Part shown: one piece after another, positions 1 to 7,797 of the stretch
Layout: the number at the start of each line of letters is the position of its first letter
Numbering within the stretch: position 1 is the first letter of the stretch
Assembly (NCBI GenBank): GCA_044370415.1
Contig: JBILVO010000002.1
Location: forward strand, 14,157 to 78,156
Reading direction: 5' to 3'
DNA from: Pirellulales bacterium
GTDB lineage: Bacteria; Planctomycetota; Planctomycetia; Pirellulales; UBA1268
Length of the DNA: 64,000 nt
Notes under the pieces: generated by a model
Database searches by the model: none
The model's input: only the letters and a program-made list of their open reading frames with translations
Told to the model about the DNA's origin: nothing
Made by a program: the position numbers and the translations under genes

Positions 1-144
1 GTCGTCCGCGCGCAGGTCGCACGCGACGGCGATCGTGTCGCCCCGCTGCGTCGCGCCTGCCACGGCCTGCGCGATCCGCGGATCGATGCCCAGGATGCCG
101 AGCTTCATGCGATCGGTGCCGGTCGTGCTGGTGGTGCCCGTCAT
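1..144 (-). CDS. 5' end of an unidentified protein (partial, continues past window start)
   Basis: ATG at 144-142 (alternative ATG at 108-106, MKLGILGI...) opens a frame that stays open to base 1. Almost every third codon position is G/C, as in the confident genes. It is absent from the ORF track because it has no in-window stop. 48 aa is too short to name; the N-terminus is only vaguely Rossmann-like. Confidence 0.4.
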   Translation of the reverse strand, partial: MTGTTSTTGTDRMKLGILGIDPRIAQAVAGATQRGDTIAVACDLRADD

Positions 145-224
145 GCAGCCATTGTTTCAGCCCGACGCAGCCGCGGCCAGACCAGCCCTGTGCACCGGCC
201 CGCGGGCCAGTGTATAGAAGAGGA

Positions 225-1451
225 ATGCGCGCGGAAGTGATCGCCATCGGCGACGAGTTGACGACGGGCCAGCGGCTCGACACCAACAGCCAGTGGCTCT
301 CCACCGAGCTCGGGTTCCTCGGCATTCCGGTCGCCTTCCACACCACGGTGTGTGACACGCTCGAGGACGGCATCGAGGCCTTCCGCATCGCGGGGAGCCG
401 CAGCGACGTCGTGGTCGCCACCGGTGGGCTGGGGCCGACCGCCGACGACCTGACGCGGGACGTGCTCGCCGCGGTGGCGGACGCGGCCCTGGAACTGTCC
501 GTGGAGGCCCTGGTCGCGGTCGAGTCGCGGTTCGCCCGGCGGGGCGTGCCGATGCCCGAGAGCAACCGTCGGCAGGCGTTGTTTCCCCGCGGCAGCCGGA
601 TCATCCCGAATCCCGACGGCACCGCGCCGGGAATCGAGCTCGACCTGCGACGTCCGGGGGGCGGCATGACGCGGTTCGTCGCGCTGCCCGGCGTGCCCGC
701 CGAGATGCGGCGGATGTGGTCGGAGTCGGTCGTGGCGAGCCTGCTGGCGTTGCTGCCCGAGGCGGGCACGATCCGCCACCGACGGATCAAGTGCTTCGGT
801 GCCGGCGAGAGCGCGATCGAGGCGATGCTGCCCGACATGATCCGTCGCGGTCGGGATCCGCTCGTGGGCATCACCGCGCACGAGGCCACGATCACGTTGC
901 GGATCGTGGCCCGCGGTCGCGACGCCGCGGCGTGCGCGGCCCTGATCGCTCCCACGGAGGAGACCATCAGAAAGGCGCTCGGAAGCCTGGTGTACGGAAC
1001 GGAGGACGACGAGCTCGAAGATGCGGTCGTGCGGAACCTCGCCGCCGCGGGAGCGACCCTGGCCACGGTCGAAGTGGGCACCGCCGGCCGCGTGGCGGGC
1101 TTGCTCGCACAGGCACAATCCCGGGCCTCGGGAACCGCCGCCTACCGTGGCGGAACCGTGGCGACTGCGGACCTGGAAGGGGGCGTCGCGGCCGCGGCGG
1201 AGCGGGTGCGGGCAGATCACGGTGCGGCGATCGGCCTGGCCGTGGCCGCCGTCCGGCCGGGCGCCCAAGGCCGCGACGTGATCGACATCGCCGTGGCTGA
1301 CGCCCGGGGAACTGAGTGCCGCGAGCACGTGCTGGGGGGCGGCGCCGCGCTGGCCCCGGCCCGGGCGGCCAAGTTCGCCATCGATCTGGTGCGGTCGCGG
1401 CTGGCGGAAAGGGGGCGGCGGGATGACCCGAGCGGTGGAACCGGGCGATGA
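225..1451 (+). CDS. cinA: CinA-family protein (MoCF-binding domain plus CinA/PncC-like C-terminal domain)
   Basis: ORF 210..1451. Motifs MRAEVIAIGDELTTGQ..DTNS, GGLGPTADDLTR and LPGVPAEM are typical of CinA. ATG at 225 is preceded by the purine-rich AGAAGAGGA; the GTG at 210 is less likely. Confidence 0.85.
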   Translation: MRAEVIAIGDELTTGQRLDTNSQWLSTELGFLGIPVAFHTTVCDTLEDGIEAFRIAGSRSDVVVATGGLGPTADDLTRDVLAAVADAALELSVEALVAVESRFARRGVPMPESNRRQALFPRGSRIIPNPDGTAPGIELDLRRPGGGMTRFVALPGVPAEMRRMWSESVVASLLALLPEAGTIRHRRIKCFGAGESAIEAMLPDMIRRGRDPLVGITAHEATITLRIVARGRDAAACAALIAPTEETIRKALGSLVYGTEDDELEDAVVRNLAAAGATLATVEVGTAGRVAGLLAQAQSRASGTAAYRGGTVATADLEGGVAAAAERVRADHGAAIGLAVAAVRPGAQGRDVIDIAVADARGTECREHVLGGGAALAPARAAKFAIDLVRSRLAERGRRDDPSGGTGR

Positions 1452-2559
1452 CCGGCGGGCGGCCAACCTGCGCACGCTGGCTCTGTTCGCCGGGCTGGTG
1501 ACCCTCGTGGGCCTGATCTCGTGGCCCTCGCTGGCCGGACGGGTGCAGTACGCGAAGACCCGTGCCGAGCTCGCCGCCATCCGCGACGCGGCCGCCGGCG
1601 CGGAACTGCGGTCGGTGGGAAAGCTGTTCACGACGCTGGCCCGTGTGATCGGCCCGGCGGTCGTGAACGTGACGAGCAGGCGGGAGTCGCACGCGCAGCC
1701 CGACGAGATCGGCGCCCTGCGCGGCGAGGGTGCTGGTGGCGGCACCGACGAGTCGGTCGGATCGGGCGTGATCGTGGAGGCCGACGGCATCATCGTCACC
1801 AACTACCACGTCGTGGCGCAGAGCGACGAGATCGAGGTCGCGCTGGCGGACGGCCGGCGGTTCAAGGCGAACCTGGTGGGGGCCGACGCCGGCAGCGACC
1901 TGGCAGTGCTGCGGATCGACGCCACGGGCCTGCCCACCGCCGAGTGGGCCGACAGCGACACGGTGGAGGTGGGCGAGATGGCCTGGGCCATCGGCAACCC
2001 GTTCGGACTCGATCGGACGATCACCTACGGAATCGTCAGCGCGGTCGGTCGCCGGGGCGTGGTCGACAATCCGTTTCAGGAGTTCCTGCAGACCGACGCC
2101 TCGATCAATCCGGGCAACTCGGGCGGGCCGCTCGTCGACGTGCACGGCCACGTCATCGGCATCACGACCGCCATCGTCGGCAAGGGGTTTCGCGGCATCG
2201 GCTTCGCGATTCCCAGCAACCGGGCGCGGCGCGTGTGCGAGGAGATCCGCACGACCGGGCACGTCGAGCGCGGCTATCTCGGCATGGAGGTGCGGGAGCT
2301 GCCGATGCCGCCGGGAGCGCGGGCGGCGGCCGGCGTGAGCGTGGCGGCGGTCGATCCCCGTTCGCCCGCGGCCCGGTCCGGCGTGAAGCCGGGCGACGTT
2401 GTGATCAGCTTCGACGGCGAGCCCGTGACGGAGCCGGCGGCGCTGGTGCTCCTGCTGCTGCGGTCGCCGGTCGGCGCCGAGGTGCCGATGGAGATCCTGC
2501 GTGACGGCACACGTCAGACCATCACCGTCACGGTCGGCAGGCGGCCGCACGAGCGGTAG
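1423..2559 (+). CDS. HtrA/DegP-family serine protease with PDZ domain
   Basis: It has an N-terminal hydrophobic anchor (LALFAGLVTLVGLI) and catalytic-triad contexts TNYHVV / DLAVLRI / GNSGGPL. The C-terminal segment is PDZ-like (GYLGMEV...GDVVISFDGEPV). It overlaps the cinA 3' end by 29 nt. Confidence 0.9.
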   Translation: MTRAVEPGDDRRAANLRTLALFAGLVTLVGLISWPSLAGRVQYAKTRAELAAIRDAAAGAELRSVGKLFTTLARVIGPAVVNVTSRRESHAQPDEIGALRGEGAGGGTDESVGSGVIVEADGIIVTNYHVVAQSDEIEVALADGRRFKANLVGADAGSDLAVLRIDATGLPTAEWADSDTVEVGEMAWAIGNPFGLDRTITYGIVSAVGRRGVVDNPFQEFLQTDASINPGNSGGPLVDVHGHVIGITTAIVGKGFRGIGFAIPSNRARRVCEEIRTTGHVERGYLGMEVRELPMPPGARAAAGVSVAAVDPRSPAARSGVKPGDVVISFDGEPVTEPAALVLLLLRSPVGAEVPMEILRDGTRQTITVTVGRRPHER

Positions 2560-2590
2560 AAGAGCGTGGACGCGGTCAGTGCGGGGCGGC

Positions 2591-2637
2591 CAGGGAAGAG
2601 AGTTCAGGGAAGAGAGTTCAGGGAAGAGAGGTCAGGG
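2591..2637. repeat. 14-bp tandem repeat CAGGGAAGAGAGTT x3 plus a partial copy, in the convergent htrA / ATPase intergenic region
   Basis: Read directly: cagggaagagagtt (2591-2604), cagggaagagagtt (2605-2618), cagggaagagaggt (2619-2632), caggg. It contains the stop codon (2632-2634) of the minus-strand ATPase gene. Confidence 0.9.
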
Positions 2638-5600
2638 CTTCGCGGCATCCTCGCCGCCCGGGGGGTCGTCGAGAAACTTCGTGAAGTTGAACTCGTCGGC
2701 GCCAAATCCCCCCGTGATTCCGAAGCCGTCGCCGGTGGCCGGCCGCGGCGCGGCGGTCGGCCGGGCGACCGGCCGCTCGGCCGGCGTGCCCTGTGGCCTC
2801 GCCTTCAAGGCCGCCGACACCGTGGCGAGCCAGTCGTCCGCCGGGAACGAGTAGGGACGGAACTTCTCCAGCGTGCCGGTCTCCTCGTGCACGAACAGCG
2901 CCCGCTGTGGACCGAGCTTCACGGCGGCGGGGCTGTCGACGAGCTGGCTCGAGTCGGAGCCGCTCATCTGGAAGATGACACGCAGCTCGAACTCCTTGAG
3001 CGTCGCCCGCTCGAACGTCCGCTGCAGATTCGTGAGGGAGTCGCACCAGACGAGCACGTGCACGCCGACGGGCGGGCCGTCCTTGAGCAGCGTCACGAGG
3101 TTCTGCGCGGGCGTCGCCTTGGCGTCGCCACTCATGGAGTAGCCGAAATCGCTCTCGTTGCGACGCAGTTCGCGAAACCGCGCCAGATCCCGGATGATCA
3201 CGAAGACGGCCTCGCCGTCGAGGACCTGATCCTCGATCCGGCGCTTCACCTCGTCGGCGAGCCTGGCGACGGCGTCGCCCACGCCGAGCGGATTGACCAT
3301 CTCGACCTCGTGCGGCAACGAGGGGGCGAGCCGCGCCAGCATGATGTCGGGCTTTTCCTGCGCGATTGCCGGTTCGAGCACGACGAACCGGGCCGCCCGG
3401 CCGACGCAGCCCCCCGGATGCGGATCGTGCCCCACCGCCAGGCTCATCATCGCCATCGCCAGCAGGCTGACGCCGAGATCCTCGCGCTGGCCGACGATCA
3501 GCAGGTTTGCGCCCCCCTGCCTGCGGAAGATCGCCGCCGTCGGATCCTTGATGGCGATGGCGTCGCCGAGCCAGGCGAGCGGTGCCACCGGCGGCTTGCC
3601 CGCCACGGTGCCGGAATCGAGCAGTTCGGAGAGCAGCCCGTTGCCCGCGGGGTTCGCCGCCTCGTTTCCGTCGAAGACGATCCGCGGCAGCGCCGGGATG
3701 TCGGTCCGCCGGTCGGCCAGTTCCCGCAGCTTGCCCAGGAACCACTCCCGGCGTTCATCGGTGAGAAAGACGACTTGGAAGTTGTTGTTGCCCTCGATCA
3801 TGCCGTTGGCGTCGTTGTAGATCGCCTCGCCGGGGCGGGTGAGGAGCCGGGCGGCCGTGTTGTCTTCGGAGAGGATCAGGCTGGAGTCGGCCTCGTTGCA
3901 CTGCAGGGCGATGCGGATGGCCATCTGGCCCATCGTCGCGCGGGGGAGGCTGTAGGAGCCGCCGAGTGTCTGCGAGCCCAGCAGCACATGCATGCCGAAG
4001 GCTCGGCCCTGCCGCACGAGCCGGTCGAGGATGAGCGCCGCATCCTGCGCGATCTTGTCGTCCTCGACGAAGATCTCCTGGAACTCGTCGATGATCAGCA
4101 GGATGCGCGGCATGGGGTCGGGATGGCCCGTCTCGCGGAAGCCCGCCACGTTCTGCACGGAGAGCTCGCGAAACAGGTCGCCGCGTCGCTTCAGCTCCCG
4201 GTCGAGCTGCTCCATCACCGAGAGGCCGAACTCCCGCTCGCTCTCGATGGCGATCACGCGGGCGTGCGGAAGCTTGTAGTGGTCGTAGAGCTTGAACTCG
4301 ACGCCCTTCTTGAAGTCGATGAGGTAGAACTGGATCTCGTTGGGGCTGTACTGCAGCGCGAGGCTCGTGATCATCGCGTGCATCAGCGTCGACTTGCCCG
4401 AGCCAGTCTTGCCCGCGATCAGGCAGTGCTGGCTCGTGCCCTTGCCGAGCTTGAGGCTCTGGATCTTCTTGGCGCCGGCCGGGCCGAGCGGCGCGACCAC
4501 CTCGTTGGCCGTGCTTCCGTGCCACCACTTTCCCTCCTCGGGTGCCACGCGGTCGAAGGGCACCTCGACCCGCTTGGCCGCCTGCGCCGCCTTGCCCACC
4601 CGCTGGATGATCCGCGTGAAGACGTCGTCGGGCGGCGGCTGCTCGACGGAGAGCGGCCACTTCCGGAACTCGGGATCGTTCCAGGTGTACACGCCGTTCT
4701 TGAGGACGAGCGTCGTGGAGTGCTTCTCGATGTCGTCGATCGAGAAGTTCGCCGGCACCGTCTGCGTGCCGTCGATCGAGACGATCGTGTAGACGCCGCA
4801 GCGCGCGCCCGATGCGGCGATGCTCGCCAGCCGGCGGGCGCTCGTCTCCGTGAAGTTGGCAGGGAAGTTGGCCACGACGACGAAGCGATACGGCTCGGGC
4901 ACCTCGGCGGCGGCGTTGTACGCCCCGATCGACTCGTACTCGTTGCGGAGATATTTCTGGATCACCAGTTCGATCTGCTCGGTGATGTCGGCGAGCTTTT
5001 GCTCGATGAGCGGCGGCTCCGTCCAGATGCGGCTGGTCACGAGGAGCTCGTCGTAGTCGGCCAGATGCATGAAGCCGGCGAACTGCTTTCCCAGTCCGAG
5101 CGGGTCGATGATCGTGAAGCGGGTCTGGCCGGCCGGCACGCCGCTGGCGATGCGCAGCATCAGCGCCTGCATCATGTCCGAGGCCACCTCCTTCTGGTCG
5201 GCCGTCGTCTTGATGAGGAGCGACGCCTCCACCGGGAACGGGACGATGGCCGGCTGCTTCCAGCTGATGGGGCCGAAGCCATTGAAGTCCGGGCGCTGCG
5301 ACACGCCGCCCGGAATCGACTCGAGGGAGAGCGCGAGATTGCCGAACCGCAGCCCGGGCGGCGCCGTCGCCGGGAGGGCAACGTCGCCGCGTGCCAGGTC
5401 GCCCCAGTCGCGGAAGGCCTCCGCATCGATCCGTGCCGCCTCGTCGAAGACGGCGGCGGTGTCGGTGCGGGCCGTCCGCCAGTCCTCGGTCATCTTCGCC
5501 CAATCGTCGTCCCGCCGGGTGGCCGCGGCGGCCAGACGGGCGTCGCGGTCGCTCTCGAGCGTCGCGAGCCTGCTCGTGCAGTCGGCGTCGAGCTTCTCGA

Positions 5601-6753
5601 TGAGCGGGGGATACTTCTTCTGGGCCGCCTCGCAGGATGCGGCCCGACGCTGCTCGATCTTCTGCTCGTACTCCGCGCACTTCGTCTCGAGGTCGGCCAG
5701 CGACTTGTCGCGTTTCTCCGCCAGCGCCTTGACCCGCGTCTCGAACGCCTCACGGGCTACCCTGGCCTCCTCCGCGAGCGTCTGCTCGAGCTTGACCACA
5801 TCGGCGTCGTGCCGCTTGCGCAGATACTCCGCGCAGCCGGCGTGGCAGCTCTTCGCGCGGGCGATCGTCGCCGCGAGCTCGTCGTGGAGCGCCGTCGCCT
5901 CTGCTACCGCCGTTCCACGCATCCTGCCGACGAGCCACCACCCACACGCCGCGCCGCCGCCGCCGAGGACGAACAGGGCACCCGCGGCGGCTGCGGCCTT
6001 CGTCGACATCGAGTCGGCGAGCGATGCCGGCAGGAGGAGGAAGACCGCGGCTGCGGCCAGCCCGCCGAGGAGGATGGGGATCGCGATGGCGGTCGCCATC
6101 ATCCCGCCGGAGAATGCCGTGGCCACGGCCTTGAGCCCGAGCAGTTTCGTCTTGCCGGCTTCGACCGCCTCACGGAGCTGTTCGAGGTGCGTGACGAGGG
6201 ACGAGCCCGTGGGCAACGGCTCCGCGTCCTGGGCCGGAGCCGCGTCGGTGGAGGGGCCGCGGCGTATCCGTCCCAGGAACGAACGTGCCTGCGAGTCGGC
6301 CTTGTCGAGGGCCTCGACGATCGTGGCCAGTTCCTTCTCCGACCGCCGCAGCCGCTTGCCCGGCTCGGAACGCTTGTGCTTTGACTGCTCCGCGACCGTG
6401 AGTTCGTCGAATGTGCGGGATTCCTGGACCTCCTCGTTTCCGTTCTTCCAGGCCCGGTTGATCTCCGCCGCCTTGTCCTTCCGCTGCTGCGCGAGCCGAC
6501 TGCGATCGTCGGCCACCAGCTTCTCCGCATTCCTGATCGCCTCCTCGAGCGCCCGCCGTGCCGCGCCGCTCTCCCGTGCATGGGCTTCCTTCACCGCGAC
6601 GATCTCCGCGTCGGACTCCGCACGGGCCGCCGCGGTCTCCCGGTCGAACGTGGCGACGATCTCTCGTTCGAGCTTCTCCCGGCTGGCGGCTGCCTGCCGG
6701 AGGCGATCGATCTGGCGCCGCAGGAGTTCGCGGTCGTAGGCGTCGTGGGACAC
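2632..6753 (-). CDS. Membrane-anchored FtsK/SpoIIIE-family multi-P-loop ATPase (EssC/EccC-like)
   Basis: 1373-aa ORF with a GTG start at 6753. Canonical Walker A LIAGKTGSGKST (~4387-4422) and Walker B ILLIIDEFQ (~4078-4104). These are flanked by two degenerate P-loop-like blocks (TIIDPLGLGKQF...YRFVVVANFP and LLIVGQREDLG...VFVIIRDLARF). Two hydrophobic spans lie at aa ~209-242 and ~252-276 (nt ~5925-6129), between long charged heptad-rich regions. Confidence 0.85.
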   Translation of the reverse strand: MSHDAYDRELLRRQIDRLRQAAASREKLEREIVATFDRETAAARAESDAEIVAVKEAHARESGAARRALEEAIRNAEKLVADDRSRLAQQRKDKAAEINRAWKNGNEEVQESRTFDELTVAEQSKHKRSEPGKRLRRSEKELATIVEALDKADSQARSFLGRIRRGPSTDAAPAQDAEPLPTGSSLVTHLEQLREAVEAGKTKLLGLKAVATAFSGGMMATAIAIPILLGGLAAAAVFLLLPASLADSMSTKAAAAAGALFVLGGGGAACGWWLVGRMRGTAVAEATALHDELAATIARAKSCHAGCAEYLRKRHDADVVKLEQTLAEEARVAREAFETRVKALAEKRDKSLADLETKCAEYEQKIEQRRAASCEAAQKKYPPLIEKLDADCTSRLATLESDRDARLAAAATRRDDDWAKMTEDWRTARTDTAAVFDEAARIDAEAFRDWGDLARGDVALPATAPPGLRFGNLALSLESIPGGVSQRPDFNGFGPISWKQPAIVPFPVEASLLIKTTADQKEVASDMMQALMLRIASGVPAGQTRFTIIDPLGLGKQFAGFMHLADYDELLVTSRIWTEPPLIEQKLADITEQIELVIQKYLRNEYESIGAYNAAAEVPEPYRFVVVANFPANFTETSARRLASIAASGARCGVYTIVSIDGTQTVPANFSIDDIEKHSTTLVLKNGVYTWNDPEFRKWPLSVEQPPPDDVFTRIIQRVGKAAQAAKRVEVPFDRVAPEEGKWWHGSTANEVVAPLGPAGAKKIQSLKLGKGTSQHCLIAGKTGSGKSTLMHAMITSLALQYSPNEIQFYLIDFKKGVEFKLYDHYKLPHARVIAIESEREFGLSVMEQLDRELKRRGDLFRELSVQNVAGFRETGHPDPMPRILLIIDEFQEIFVEDDKIAQDAALILDRLVRQGRAFGMHVLLGSQTLGGSYSLPRATMGQMAIRIALQCNEADSSLILSEDNTAARLLTRPGEAIYNDANGMIEGNNNFQVVFLTDERREWFLGKLRELADRRTDIPALPRIVFDGNEAANPAGNGLLSELLDSGTVAGKPPVAPLAWLGDAIAIKDPTAAIFRRQGGANLLIVGQREDLGVSLLAMAMMSLAVGHDPHPGGCVGRAARFVVLEPAIAQEKPDIMLARLAPSLPHEVEMVNPLGVGDAVARLADEVKRRIEDQVLDGEAVFVIIRDLARFRELRRNESDFGYSMSGDAKATPAQNLVTLLKDGPPVGVHVLVWCDSLTNLQRTFERATLKEFELRVIFQMSGSDSSQLVDSPAAVKLGPQRALFVHEETGTLEKFRPYSFPADDWLATVSAALKARPQGTPAERPVARPTAAPRPATGDGFGITGGFGADEFNFTKFLDDPPGGEDAAKP

Positions 6754-6857
6754 GGGCGTGGATCCGGTGGAGAGTCTGGTGGGGGCCGAAGGATGCGCTG
6801 GAAAAACACGTCACGGGGGGCGGGGGCCGCCGCGGGAGCGGGACGCACCGCCGCCGG

Positions 6858-7100
6858 TCAGGAATCGTCGGTGTCGCTCACGTCGCGGGCCGCGCGGGCG
6901 AGCACCTCCGCGAGCCGGCTGATGGCCTCGAGCGTCTCCTTGACCTTCGGCCGCAGGGGTTCGATGTGCTCCTCGTGAAATGCGCGGCTGGTGGCGTCGT
7001 CCCAGGAGTCGCGAGCCGACTCCCATTTGATGGCGAGATGTTTGAGCGCGAGCGCCAGTTTTGCCGCGCCGCCGGTCAATTCGCCGCCGTGGTAGCTCAT
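6858..7100 (-). CDS. 80-aa WXG100-like helical-hairpin protein
   Basis: Internal ATG at 7100 of ORF 6858..7295, overlapping the upstream gene's stop as ATGA (7097-7100). The sequence MSYHGGELTGGAAKLALALKHLAIKWESARDSWDDATSRAFHEEH... is helical with a central W-D-D-x5-F turn and sits next to the FtsK-like ATPase. The ORF track's 5' extension is Arg/Gly/Pro junk. Confidence 0.6.
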   Translation of the reverse strand: MSYHGGELTGGAAKLALALKHLAIKWESARDSWDDATSRAFHEEHIEPLRPKVKETLEAISRLAEVLARAARDVSDTDDS

Positions 7101-7711
7101 GACGCGGTCCCCCCGCGGTCGGCCCCGGGGGCGGTCGACGACGCGTCCGATGCGGCCGGCGGCTGCTCGTCGAGGCTGCGGCTCACCGACCCCGTCGCCC
7201 CTCCCTCGCCGCGGCTCGCCGCAGGGCTCGTCGCGCTGGTGTACTGGTCGAGCGAACGGAGCATCCGTTCCAGGCGGGCCATCGACCGCGGGCAATCGAT
7301 GTCGATCACCTCGCGAAACCGCGTGAGCCGCACCCCCGCCTCCTGCATCTCCTGGCGGACGATCGGCGTCCAGCGTCGGACCGCCTCCGCCTTCCGCTCG
7401 GCACGGGCGAGCTTCTTCTTGGCCTTCTCCAGCGCCTTCTTCTCCTCGGCGCAGGCCGGCTCGTTGTCGCCCACCTTCTTGTAGGTGCGGCAGTGCTGGA
7501 GGTCTTTCATGGCCTGGTTGACGCCGTCGGCGGCCCGGCGCACCTCCACCTTCCAGTAGGCCGCTTGGTCGACGCAGATCCAGTCGATGATGCGTTGGGC
7601 CTGCATCTCGACCTCGGTGATTCCCTGCCCGGTCTCATGCGAGAAGGCCACCAACGCCGTCTTCACGAACGTGATGGTGTCGATCGACTTGACATCGGCC
7701 TGGGTGGACAT
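7097..7711 (-). CDS. 204-aa helical protein of unknown function with a disordered Ser/Ala/Gly-rich tail
   Basis: Internal ATG at 7711 (MSTQADVKSIDTI...) of ORF 7097..8260, with GGAG 7-10 nt upstream. The coding-like composition begins there. It has a K/E/A/R-rich central helix (EEKKALEKAKKKLARAERKAEAVRR). I recognise no family. Confidence 0.6.
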   Translation of the reverse strand: MSTQADVKSIDTITFVKTALVAFSHETGQGITEVEMQAQRIIDWICVDQAAYWKVEVRRAADGVNQAMKDLQHCRTYKKVGDNEPACAEEKKALEKAKKKLARAERKAEAVRRWTPIVRQEMQEAGVRLTRFREVIDIDCPRSMARLERMLRSLDQYTSATSPAASRGEGGATGSVSRSLDEQPPAASDASSTAPGADRGGTAS

Positions 7712-7797
7712 GGTGCGACGCTCCATGCCGCGGGCCGCGGGGATCGGCTGCCTCCCGGTTTCCCGGACGGCGCGGCCCCGCGACGCGGCGGTTCTGC

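Noticed and set aside
141-2550. Overlapping minus-strand ORFs 141..1802 (553 aa) and 967..2550 (527 aa)
   Set aside because: They lie opposite the confident cinA and htrA-like genes and have junk-like composition.
2566-6384. 1272-aa plus-strand ORF covering most of the ATPase locus
   Set aside because: It is an antisense shadow of the minus-strand FtsK-like gene. Its composition is dominated by R/G/E/D/H/L/A with no recognisable motifs, whereas the opposite strand carries clear Walker motifs.
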